Assembly: GCA_002269645.1 (NCBI GenBank)
Contig: NIVC01002745.1
Span: forward strand, 1-36,364
DNA length: 36,364 bases
Direction: 5' to 3'
Source: Macrostomum lignano
Lineage: Eukaryota
Shown here: one piece after another, positions 22,301-32,793 of the stretch
Numbering within the stretch: the first letter of the stretch is position 1
Layout: each line of letters starts with the position of its first letter
Notes under the pieces: model-generated
What the model was told of the DNA's origin: nothing
Databases searched by the model: none
The model's input: only the letters and a program-made list of their open reading frames with translations
Translations under genes and position numbers: made by a program

Positions 22301-25300
22301 TAAACTGCGGTGCTCTGTGTTTTTTGTAGGGCTGCTTTAGTTTATTGTTTGCTCAGATTAAGTTTGGTTTCCAATAGCAACCAGTCTAGTGTAGCATAGT
22401 AGCATTAATCTGGTTTCCAATAGCAACCAGTCTAGTGTAGTATAGTAGCATTAATCTGGTTTCCAATAGCAACCAGTCTAGTGTAGTATAGTAGCATTAA
22501 TCTGGTTTCCAATAGCAACCAGTCTAGTGTAGTATAGTAGCATTAATCTGGTTTCCAATAGCAACCAGTCTAGTGTAGTATAGTAGCATTATTAATCTGG
22601 TTTCCAATAGCAACCAGTCTAGTGTAGTATAGTAGCATTAATCTGGTTTCCAACAGCAACCAGTCTAGTGTAGTATAGTAGCATTAATCTGGTTTCCAAT
22701 AGCAACCAGTCTAGTGTAGTATAGTAGCATTAATCTGGTTTCCAATAGCAACCAGTCTAGTGTAGTATAGTAGCATTAATCTGGTTTCCAATAGCAACCA
22801 GTCTAGTGTAGTATAGTAGCATTAATCTGGTTTCCAACAGCAACCAGTCTAGTGTAGTATAGTAGCATTAATCTGGTTTCCAACAGCAACCAGTCTAGTG
22901 TAGTATAGTAGCATTAATCTGGTTTCCAATAGCAACCAGTCTAGTGTAGTATAGTAGCATTAATCTGGTTTCCAACAGCAACCAGTCTAGTGTAGTATAG
23001 TAGCATTAATCTGGTTTCCAATAGCAACCAGTCTAGTGTAGTATAGTAGCATTAATCTGGTTTCCAATAGCAACCAGTCTAGTGTAGTATAGTAGCATTA
23101 ATCTGGTTTCCAATAGCAACCAGTCTAGTGTAGTATAGTAGCATTAATCTGGTTTCCAATAGCAACCAGTCTAGTGTAGTATAGTAGCATTAATCTGGTT
23201 TCCAATAGCAACCAGTCTAGTGTAGTATAGTAGCATTAATCTGGTTTCCAATAGCAACCAGTCTAGTGTAGTATAGTAGCATTAATCTGGTTTCCAACAG
23301 CAACCAGTCTAGTGTAGTATAGTAGCATTAATCTGGTTTCCAATAGCAACCAGTCTAGTGTAGTATAGTAGCATTAATCTGGTTTCCAATAGCAACCAGT
23401 CTAGTGTAGTATAGTAGCATTAATCTGGTTTCCAATAGCAACCAGTCTAGTGTAGTATAGTAGCATTAATCTGGTTTCCAATAGCAACCAGTCTAGTGTA
23501 GTATAGTAGCATTAATCTGGTTTCCAATAGCAACCAGTCTAGTGTAGTATAGTAACGCATTAATCTGGTTTCCAATAGCAACCAGTTTAGTGTAGTATAG
23601 TAGCATTAATCTGGTTTCCAATAGCAACCAGTTTAGTGTAGTATAGTAGCATTAATCTGGTTTCCAATAGCAACCAGTTTAGTGTAGTATAGTAACGCAT
23701 TAATCTGGTTTCCAATAGCAACCAGTTTAGTGTAGTATAGTAGCATTAATCTGGTTTCCAATAGCAACCAGTTTAGTGTAGTATAGTAACGCATTAATCT
23801 GGTTTCCAATAGCAACCAGTCTAGTGTAGTATAGTAACGCATTAATCTGGTTTCCAATAGCAACCAGTTTAGTGTAGTATAGTAGCATTAATCTGGTTTC
23901 CAATAGCAACCAGTTTAGTGTAGTATAGTAGCATTAATCTGGTTTCCAATAGCAACCAGTTTAGTGTAGTATAGTAACGCATTAATCTGGTTTCCAATAG
24001 CAACCAGTTTAGTGTAGTATAGTAGCATTAATCTGGTTTCCAATAGCAACCAGTTTAGTGTAGTATAGTAACGCATTAATCTGGTTTCCAATAGCAACCA
24101 GTTTAGTGTAGTATAGTAACGCATTAATCTGGTTTCCAATAGCAACCAGTTTAGTGTAGTATAGTAACGCTAACGCATTAATCTGGTTTCCAATAGCAAC
24201 CAGTCTAGTGTAGTATAGTAGCATTAATCTGGTTTCCAATAGCAACCAGTCTAGTGTAGTATAGTAGCATTAATCTGGTTTCCAATAGCAACCAGTCTAG
24301 TGTAGTATAGTAGCATTAATCTGGTTTTAATTAATCTGCAGAGTAAAATCAATATGGCCCCAGACACAGCGACTATTTGACGACTTGTACCGTGACATCT
24401 CGTCATTTTAGAGTCGTCTAGTAGAGACCTTGCCTATTTTACCTGTGTTACCTGCAAAGACGAAGTGACTCTGAGGCGCTTCTTAGCCTAGCCTTCATCA
24501 GGATCGTATAACCCCCCTCTTCTCCCTCCCAAAGGCCAATTACCAGCGAGTGTGCCTCTACCTGACCAGCTGCGTGCCCTACCTGCCAGACGAGGACTGG
24601 ACAGCTGTGCTCGACACGGCCAGGCGAATCTACCTGAAATTCGGCGACCAAGGCAACGCAATGCGGTGCGCTTTGAAGTTGAACAGTCCCGAGCTGGTTT
24701 CCAAACAGTTCGCTGAGACGCCCGATCCTACAGTGCGCAAGCAGCTCGCCTGTCTGCTGGGCAGGCAGCAGTTCGCCGTTGACTGGGACGAAGACGCCTA
24801 CGATGATGCGGAACTGCTCAGCGAGCTGATGGCCAATGCCAGGCTGAATGAGCATTTCCACGCATTGGGCCGGGAGCTCGATATTATGGAGCCTAAGGTA
24901 TGGGGATGGCGTGCATGGCAATTCTGCCCAATCCTCTGACTCCAGAATCATAATAATAATTGATTACACCTGCCCCAATTGGGCCAGATGTGCAACCGAC
25001 AGCTCAGCCGCAGCTATTGCGCGGCGCATCTGAAGGCTGCCGTACGGCTGGGGGGTCGCCACACACAGCCTCAATTACCCCAGCCAATGCTGGCACCCAT
25101 TTCACAGCTGGGTTAACTGAAGCAATGCAGAGTTAAGCGTCTTGCACAAGGACACAAATTGTTCCAGTGGGATCGGGGATCGAACCCCCGACCACTAGGC
25201 TACAGGGGCAGAAGAGAAGAAAGAGATGCATAGCTAGGTAAAATTACGTAAAAATAAATGCTCGCACAAGTACTGGTAGGATTGTGGGCACCCTGGCGCG

Positions 25301-28300
25301 CAACGTCTTCGGGGACATTGACTCCTTAGCATATTCATACACTTGGGTGTGAATCGCGTAACTGATCGATGCACTTAATTGATGGAATTCATCAATATTA
25401 TTAAACTATTATTAAATTCTGCCGTGAAAAATTCAATATCCAGCTGCCAGAGGATATCTACAAGTCGCACCTGGAGCCCACTCGCATGAGCACTGGCACG
25501 GTGGATTCGGCTAGGCAGAATCTCGCCTCATCCTACGTTAATGGCCTAGTTAACTGCGGCTTTGGCCGGGACAAACTGCTGATGGAAGACGATAACAAAA
25601 TGAAGTGGATCTATAGGAATAAGGATGCCGGCATGATGTCATCAGTGGCTACTCTTGGCTGGCTGCTACTGTGGGATGTGGACGGCGGTCTGGTACAGAT
25701 TGACAAGTACCTGTATTTGCAGGTGAGTGACTCCTATCCAATATCAACCGGCCATTTCCTATGCAATAGCATCTATTTATCCCATAGCAACCATCCATCC
25801 CATAGCAACCATCTATCCCATAGCAACCATATGTACCTTAGCAAACATCTATACCTTAGCAACCATCTATCCCATAGCAACCATCTATACCTTAGCAACC
25901 ATCAATACCATAGCAACCCTCTATCCCATAGCAACCATCTATTTCATAGCAACCATCTATTTCATATTTTCATAGCAACTATCCCATAGCAACCATATAT
26001 CCCATAGCAACCATCTATCCCATAGCAACTATCTATCCCATAGCAACCATCTATCCCATAGCAACTATCTATCCCATATAGCAACCATCTATCCCATAGC
26101 AACCATCTATACCTTAGCAAGCATTTTCATTAGTTATTGAGTCCCTGATTCACTAAGCACCTTAATAGGCTATCACCCAACTCTCAACCATGGCAACCTA
26201 AAACCCTACTGCCAGGACGACAACATCAAAGCCGGCGCTCTGCTAGCCTGTGGCGTTGTTAACTCTGGCGTGCGCAACGAATGCGAGCCGGCTCTGGCCC
26301 TGCTAGCCGACTACGTTGAGAATAAGACCTCCTGTCTGAACAAAGCCGCGCTAATCGGCCTGGGAGTGGCTTATGCTGGCCGAGGCAGTGGCGGCGAATC
26401 GGCCATTGCTAAGCTGCAGCCGCTCATCACTGAGCAGGGCAAGCCTGAGCAGGCCGCCCTGGCCGCCCTGTCCTGCGGCGTGATCGCTGCCGGCACTCTG
26501 CACTCGGATGTGACGTCGAGCATTCTGCAGAGCCTGTTGGAGGCTCCGCCTGGCGACCGGGTGAAGCCGCTGGCTAGGCTGCACGCTCTCGGCTTGGCGC
26601 TGTGCTGCTTAGGCAGGCAGGAAGCGGCCGAGCCGGTTCTAGCCGGCCTGGCAGCCGTAGAAGAGCCAGTCCGTTCCCTAGCTAGAGTCCTGTGCGAAGC
26701 ATGCGCCTACGCCTGTACAGGCAATGTGCTCAAAGTGCAAAGCATGCTTCATCTGCTCAGCGAGAAGGCTCAAGAAGAAATTGGAGCTGGCGATGCCGGC
26801 AGTAGCAGCGGTGGCGGCGGCAGTCGGTCTACTTCTACAGCCAGTAGCGGCAGGCCGCTGGAGAACAACAGCGGCTCTCCGTCCGCCGCAGCTGCCGATA
26901 AAAAGTCGTCCGAAGAGGCCACAACAGCCTATGCTCAAGGCGCCGCCGTTCTGGGCGTCGCCCTGGTTGCTATGGGCGAAGATGTTGGCAAAGATATGGC
27001 TTTCCGAATTTTTGGAAATCTGCTGCGATTCGGCGAGGCCAATATTAAACGGGCTGTGCCGCTTGCGCTTGGCCTGGTTTATACCTCTAATCCGGAGCTT
27101 AAGGTGAGACTCTTGTCCGCTGGGTCTAACATGGTTCTGGTCCCAGGTCCTCAGTTGCTGGGTCAGCCTTCCAGATCCTCAGTTGCTGGGCCAGCCTCCC
27201 AGATCCTCAGTTGCTGGGTCAGCCTTCCAGATCCTCAGTTGCTGGGCCAGCCTCCCAGATCCTCAGTTGCTGGGCCAGCCTCCCGCATCCCCAGTTGCTG
27301 GGCCAGCCTCCCAGATCCTCAGTTGCTGGGCCAGCTTCTCAGATCCTCAGTTGCTGGGCCAGATTCTCAGATCCTCAGTTGCTGGGCCAGCTTCTCAGAT
27401 CCTCAGTTGCTGGGCCAGATTCTCAGATCCTCAGTTGCTGGGCCAGCTTCTCAGATCCTCAGTTGCTGGGCCAGCTTCTCAGATCCTCAGTTGCTGGGCC
27501 AGCCTCCCGCATCCCCAGTTGCTGGGCCAGCTTCTCAGATCCACAGTTAGTGGGCCTGCAGCCTCGCAGAGTGTTAGTTACTAGGCCTGCCTCCCACATC
27601 CTCAGTTGCTGTGCCAGTCAACTAACATTTTAATCTAGTTGAGTAGTCTGCCAGCCATTTAAACTGAAACCCATTGCCAAACCCGCCAGGTGCTGGACCT
27701 GCTCAGCAAGTTCTCGCACGACTCCGACCTGGAAGTGGCCCTGTCCTCCATCCTGGCCATGGGCCTGTGCGGCGCCGGCACTAACAATGCCCGTCTGGCT
27801 GCTATGCTTCGTCAGCTGGCCGGCTATCACGCTAAAGATCCTCTAGCCCTGTTTGCTGTCCGCCTAGCCCAGGGCCTGACCCATCTGGGCAAGGGCACGC
27901 TAACGCTGACGCCCTCCCATTCGGACAAGTTTCTCAATAATCCTGGCGCTCTGGCTGGCCTATTGGCCGTGCTGGTTGCCGGGCTTGACATGCGCCGGCT
28001 GCTGCTGGCTAGCGGCTGGGACTGCCTGTTGTTCTATCTGACTCCGGCTATTCAGCCCCGCCTGCTGATGACTTTTGATGCCGATTTGCAGCCTATGCAG
28101 GTAATTTTATTACTTCTTGTTTAGTTTGCTATTGAATACATGTACAAATATATTAAAATAACTAGGTGTCTCTCGAAAAAATGCGCCTATCTACTTTTTT
28201 CAGTAGTAAAATTAGCGTTTTTCCTTTATTATAGTTAATAAAATCTGTTAAATTTTTGCTGGCTATTTAAAGTTTTTAACCTGCAACAATCGCCTCTGGC

Positions 28301-29132
28301 TTTCTACAAACAGTCCTATTAGATTAGCATCTTCACCCTGTTTGAAGCTGCACCCAAATCCAGTGCGCGTGCATAGCGAGCAAGAGCGAAAAGAGGTGGC
28401 ACCACAGCCCCAGCCAGGTCGAAAAACAGTTTTGGCTTTCCTCTTGCATGCCCGCTTGTGCCTGACTTTGACCTCAATCCTTACTGCTCTCTCATTGGCT
28501 GAGCTAGACTGGGCCTGTCCCCTAGGCTGAGTATCGTCTGTCTGACTTTGACTTCTCTCCTTACTGCTCTCTCATTGGCTGAGCTAGATTGGGCCTGTCC
28601 CCTATGCTGAGTTATCGTCTGTCTGACTTTGACTTCTCTCCTTACTGCTCTCTCATTGGCTGAGCTAGATTGGGCCTGTCCCCTATGCTGAGTTATCGTC
28701 TGTCTGACTTTGACTTCTCTCCTTACTGCTCTCTCATTGGCTGAGCTAGATTGGGCCTGTCCCCTAGGCTGAGTGCTAGTACGTTAGTATATCGCTAGCG
28801 TAGATTTTTCTTGACCGAATTTGTCTATGGCAAAACCCCATCCAGCGCTATGTGTTTTCTATCTAGAGCATACTCGGATGGTTATCGCGCGCATACACAC
28901 ACACACACTTAAACAACAATTCCAGGTGCCTGTCCGAGTTGGCCAAGCTGTAGACACAGTTGGCCAGGCCGGCCGGCCCAAAACCATCACGGGATTCCAG
29001 ACGCACACCACTCCAGTGCTGCTGGCCTACGGAGAGCGTGCCGAACTGGCCACCGAGGAGTACGAGCCCGTCAGCAGCCTGCCGTTGGAGGGATTCGTCA
29101 TTCTAAGGAAGAATCCTAATTACCAAGCCTAA
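13217..29132 (+). CDS. PSMD2: 26S proteasome non-ATPase regulatory subunit 2 (RPN1), 8 exons, ~984 aa
   Basis: Exons 13217-13306, 21297-21353, 21636-22294, 24535-24897, 25444-25722, 26216-27103, 27690-28100 and 28926-29132, all with GT-AG borders. Diagnostic motifs: [122 protein letters not shown]. The exon 3/4 junction is one nucleotide short (see findings). Confidence 0.96.
13714..14498. mobile_element. Non-autonomous TIR DNA transposon (785 bp), copy 1
   Basis: Termini GGCTCATTCCATATAAG and CTTATATGGAATGAGCC are perfect inverted repeats, each flanked by TGCA (possible 4-bp TSD). Subterminal ATGGT(C/T)GTAAC motifs repeat and the interior is AT-rich. Superfamily not assigned. Confidence 0.8.
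15226..17443 (-). mobile_element. Solo-LTR-like insertion (2218 bp), Gypsy-like 4-bp TSD
   Basis: Termini TGATGTAACC / GGTTACATCA (10-bp IR, TG..CA) with TSD AGTA (15222-25, 17444-47). The empty site AAGTACTATA is present in copy 1. No gag/pol ORF. Strand inferred from promoter motifs. Confidence 0.8.
16505..16586 (-). promoter_or_regulatory. Putative LTR promoter: CRE-like TGACGTCA, CCAAT box and TATAAAAG
   Basis: TGACGTCA 16579-86, CCAATC 16566-61 and TATAAAAG 16512-05, in promoter order on the - strand. Confidence 0.4.
21297..21353 (+). CDS. PSMD2: PSMD2 exon 2
   Basis: TTTTAG|TCC ... CAG|GTGAGA; encodes [19 protein letters not shown]. Confidence 0.92.
21397..21535 (+). ncRNA. Dispersed structured element, copy D, in PSMD2 intron 2
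   Basis: CACACGG-GTGTACA...CCTGAC-TTCTAATC-GTCAGG...TGTATAC-TCTGTGTG long hairpin, then TGTGCCTTGG, GTTGGCCAC. The core starts 77 nt after the donor at 21354. Confidence 0.55.
21636..22294 (+). CDS. PSMD2: PSMD2 exon 3
   Basis: AACAG|GAG ... GCC AG|GTGAGA; encodes [20 protein letters not shown] and [10 protein letters not shown]. Confidence 0.95.
22364..24327. repeat. 46-bp tandem array (~42 copies) filling PSMD2 intron 3
   Basis: Unit TGGTTTCCAATAGCAACCAGTCTAGTGTAGTATAGTAGCATTAATC. Period confirmed at 22381/22427. Confidence 0.98.
24535..24897 (+). CDS. PSMD2: PSMD2 exon 4
   Basis: CTCCCTCCCAAAG|GCC ... AAG|GTATGG; encodes [14 protein letters not shown]...RELDIMEPK. Confidence 0.92.
24948..25203 (-). 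mobile_element. Second tRNA/CORE-like SINE copy, with a 28-nt deletion in the tRNA head
   Basis: Nearly identical 3' tail to 10846-11143. Intronic (PSMD2 intron 4) and antisense to the host gene. Confidence 0.85.
25444..25722 (+). CDS. PSMD2: PSMD2 exon 5
   Basis: CCAG|CTG ... CAG|GTGAGT; encodes [11 protein letters not shown]...[17 protein letters not shown]. Confidence 0.95.
25771..26120. repeat. 18-bp degenerate tandem repeat (CCCATAGCAACCATCTAT) in PSMD2 intron 5
   Basis: Seen directly. It explains the SNH/ATI repeat read-through ORFs. Confidence 0.93.
26216..27103 (+). CDS. PSMD2: PSMD2 exon 6
   Basis: GCCAG|GAC ... AAG|GTGAGA; encodes [44 protein letters not shown] and RAVPLALGL. Confidence 0.95.
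27143..27612. repeat. 28-bp tandem repeat (CAGATCCTCAGTTGCTGGGCCAGCCTCC) in PSMD2 intron 6
   Basis: Seen directly. The same unit recurs at 29312-29392. Confidence 0.96.
27690..28100 (+). CDS. PSMD2: PSMD2 exon 7
   Basis: CCGCCAG|GTG ... CAG|GTAATT; encodes [24 protein letters not shown] and [14 protein letters not shown]. Confidence 0.95.
28462..28773. repeat. 80-81-bp tandem repeat, ~4 copies, in PSMD2 intron 7
   Basis: CTGACTTTG starts at 28462, 28542, 28623 and 28704. Confidence 0.93.
28926..29132 (+). CDS. PSMD2: PSMD2 exon 8 (terminal)
   Basis: TTCCAG|GTG; encodes [42 protein letters not shown]...[14 protein letters not shown] at 29480. Confidence 0.95.
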   Translation: MPVRVGQAVDTVGQAGRPKTITGFQTHTTPVLLAYGERAELATEEYEPVSSLPLEGFVILRKNPNYQA

Positions 29133-29311
29133 TTTTTTGTTTTATATTTTGACTGATAATACCGCTTGGGTGTGAAGCATAGTGTAGTTAAATTTTGCTG
29201 GTTTTGCTAGGACAAAATATTTTGATGATTAGCTTCGCATAAGTTTTAGTGACAATATTCGGTTTTCAAATTCCCGGCTGGTATTTAAAGTGAGATACGA
29301 ACAGGGCCTAT

Positions 29312-29392
29312 AGATCCTCAGTTGCTGGGCCAGCCTCCAGATCCCCAGTTGCTGGGCCAGCCTCCCAGATCCTCAGTTGCTGGGCCAGCCTC
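29312..29392. repeat. About 3 copies of the intron-6 28-bp unit, downstream of the PSMD2 stop
   Basis: AGATCC(T/C)CAGTTGCTGGGCCAGCCTC repeated. Confidence 0.92.
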
Positions 29393-30078
29393 TCAATGTC
29401 TAATCAAATCAATCTCTAAGTAAAGAATCTGTAGCAGCAAAAAAGTTTGTTAATAATTTTTAGGCGGCAAAGTATGTGGAATAAAAAAGTAACAACAACT
29501 GCAGCCTAATTATCTGTATGAAAAATCCTATTTAAGCTTGTATTGAAACCCTTCTACTCTTCTATGTACCCTTAGCAGTTTTGTGCATCTAAAAGTTACT
29601 AGTGAAATGATTCAATTTGATAACATAATTCAAGTGACTGGATTTAACTCTGCAAGCAGCCATAAGTAATAAACTGTCTGTTTTTGCCTCCCCATGATTT
29701 TCTGTTTGGCCTCTGTGTTTTTTCTACAATTCCTTTCTTTATTATCAACAGCAAGTTTGTATCGACGTATGGAAACAGTTTAGAAGCTAGCATATGGAAC
29801 TGTAATATTCAGCATAAAATTTAAAACAGCCCAGTGCATTACGGTATACACAATGTGTATCGTCCTTATCACTCTCCCCGTGTTTACGTTCTATCGAAAT
29901 CTACGTATTTCGTTCTGCCGCAAAAGTACAACACAAGTGTTACTATTATAACAAATCTATAAAGTCGCATCCATGATATCAACTCATTTTTGTTACTTTG
30001 TATTGAGGCTGCCTTGAAAAACAGCATTGTTTGCTAACTTGGATCCCTGCGGAAGTGATTAGCAGTTTAACAGTCCCA

Positions 30079-30832
30079 TTCAGTGACTTCAATCGGTATT
30101 CAGTGACCCCAATCAGTATTCAGTGACCCAATCGGTATTTAGTGACCCATTCGGTATTTAGTGACCCATTCGGTATTCAGTGACCCCAATCAGTATTCAG
30201 TGACCCAATCGGTATTTAGTGACCCATTCGGTATTCAGTGACCCCAATCGGTATTCAGTGACCCCAATCAGTATTCAGTGACCCAATCGGTATTTAGTGA
30301 CCCATTCGGTATTCATTGACCCAATCAATATTCAGTGACCCAATCGGTATTCAGTGACCCCAATCAGTGTTTAATGACCCCAATCATTAGATCAATGACC
30401 CAATCATTAGTTCAATGACCCAATCATTAGTCCAATGACCCAAATCATTAGTCCAATGACCCACTCATTAGTCCAATGACCCGAATCATTAGTTCAATGA
30501 CCCCAATCATTAGTCCAATGACCCCACTCATTAGTCCAATGACCTCAATCATTAGTTCAATGACCCAATCATTAGTCCAATGACCCCAATCATTAGTTCA
30601 ATGACCCACTCATTAGTCCAATGACCCCAATCATTAGTTCAATGACCCACTCATTAGTCCAATGACCCCAATCATTAGTTCAATGACCCACTCATTAGTG
30701 CAATGACCCCAATCATTAGTTCAATGACCCACTCATTAGTGCAATGACCCCAATCATTAGTTTAATGACCCAATCATTAGTCAATGACCCAAATCATTAG
30801 TTCAATGACCCACTCATTAGTCCAATGACCCC
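30079..30832. repeat. Bipartite ~19-21-bp tandem array (CAGTGACCCAATCGGTATT changing to CAATGACCCCAATCATTAGTT)
   Basis: Seen directly. The unit switches near 30360-30380. Confidence 0.95.
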
Positions 30833-30860
30833 AAACTGCAACCACTCCTGCAATCCCTAG

Positions 30861-31807
30861 TGGTGGCTTCAATCTGTCGCTCGGCCTCGCTGAGGTCCGC
30901 AGCCGCAGCCTCCCTGCTGCATCGCCTGCAACAGCCCATTCGTACTACAGTGATCGTGGCCCGCAAGCACGAGCTGGACCGGCCCTATCCTGAACTGGAC
31001 GGTAGGCCGCTTCTGCACGAGATTGACGACTACCCGGACAGGGTGCCGATCTACAATAAGCTGTACGAGACTGTTGAACTGCTATCATTGCGACCGGAAT
31101 CCGAACAGCTACTGTCAGTTCGTCTCAATCGCGATGTGCCCGGCCTAGGTGAATCCGGTCAATTAGTCTTTGTTCATCGGTCGCGATTCTGGCACTATTT
31201 GAATCCGCTAGGCTGGGCCAAGATTGAACACCAGCAGCAGCAGGAGCAGAAACAGTCCAATCGTTCTGAGTCTTCCTGGCGCGATGCTCGCGTATTCACT
31301 GGTCCACTTTATCAACTACAGCGCACCTTGGAAGCTTTGCACCTGCTAGTGCCAGTAAATCTGTCTGCTGTTAATACTACTAGTGGTAGTAGTAGTAGTA
31401 AAAGCGACCGATTTCCTCTTAACGAGCGTCACATATGCGTAGCATTCAGACGCTACGGTGTGGAGTTAAATAGGCAGTCTATTAAATTGCCTGACAAGCT
31501 GCCTAAATTGCCAAAGCCTGGCAGCGGCGGAGCTGGCAGTACATTTCGTATTGGCGTCCAGCTGAACAACCGGGTCACTGTACAGGTGAAGGCTTCCCTG
31601 TATCCCATTGCCCTTGGCGAGGCTGGTGGCGGTTTGCCGCCAGCCCAGCTGCCTAAAATTGATGTAGACAATTGGCTAACTGAGATGTATCCTCAACCAA
31701 CTCTGCCGGAGGGTGTTCGAGTATTCGACAAGTACATGCTGCAGCAGGGGCCGCCGAATTTCGAACGGCTACTCGGCTCGAACAGAACTCGTATTAGGAA
31801 GCCGTGA
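30861..31807 (+). CDS. MRPL9: Mitochondrial ribosomal protein L9 (bL9m), main exon
   Basis: An R/S/A/L-rich presequence-like N-terminus, then RTTVIV and LSVRLNRDVPGLGESGQLVFVHRSRFWHYLNPLGWA (bL9 N-domain pattern L...V..LG..G..V.V......L.P.G.A). The C-domain shows ICVAFRRYGVEL..QSIKLP...FRIGVQLN..VTVQV. Acceptor CCCTAG| at 30860; AATAAA at 31852. Confidence 0.8.
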
Positions 31808-32030
31808 TGACCGACCGGTCCCCTTGACTGAACGTTGCTTATTTGTATCGAAATAAATTTCAATTTCAACTCTCTTGTTAGCCTGCAACAGTTTTTGTTG
31901 CCTAGCATTTTTTAAGACAATAATTGCGTTTGTTTTATTTTGCTATTCTCTTTTATTTTCTACACTATGAGCTCCATTTCCTTAAGATTTTACTAATTTT
32001 GTACAACCGCAGGCATTTAGAAAGTTAGCG

Positions 32031-32793
32031 CATCTCAACAATTTATGATGCAGATCGGCATCTCAACAGTTCCCCATGAGCTTTGGCATCTCAAACAACT
32101 CCTATGAGCCTTGGCATCTTAACAATTTCCCGTGAGCCTTTGCATCTCAATAATCTCCTATGAGCCTTGGTATCTGAATTCCACACGAGCCTTGGCATCT
32201 CAACAATTCCCCATGAGCCTTGGCATCTCAACAATTCCCCATGAGCCTTGGCATCTCAACAATTCCCCATGAGCCTTGGCATCTCAACAATTCCCCATGA
32301 GCCTTGACATCTCAACAATTCCCCATGAGCCTTGACATCTCAACAATTCCCCATGAGCCTTGACATCTCAACAATTCCCCATGAGCCTTGACATTTCAAC
32401 AATTCCCCATGAGCCTTGACATCTCAACAATTCCCCATGAGCCTTGACATCTCAACAATTCCCCATGAGCCTTGACATCTCAACAATTCCCCATGAGCCT
32501 TGACATTTCAACAATTCCCCATGAGCCTTGACATCTCAACAATTCCCCGTGAGCCTTGGCATCTCAACAATTCCCCATGAGCCTTGGCATCTCAACAATT
32601 CCCCGTGAGCCTTGGCATCTCAACAATTCCCCGTGAGCCTTGGCATCTCAGCAACTCCTGATGAGCCTTGACATCTCAACAATTCCCTATGAGCCTTGAC
32701 ATCTTAACAATTCCCCATGAGCCTTGGCATCTCAACAACTCTTGATGAGCCTTGACATCTCAACAATTCCTGATGAGCCTTGGAATCTCAACA
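32031..32793. repeat. 28-bp tandem repeat (CATCTCAACAATTCCCCATGAGCCTTG(G/A))
   Basis: Seen directly, degenerate at both ends. Confidence 0.96.

Noticed and set aside
22364-24327. CRISPR-like look of the regular 46-bp repeats
   Set aside because: The units are contiguous with no unique spacers, there are no cas genes, and the context is a eukaryotic intron.
27104-27633. Read-through extension of the 426-aa ORF and two overlapping ORFs
   Set aside because: The strong donor at 27104 and resumed PSMD2 homology at 27690 show this is intron 6 with a 28-bp repeat.
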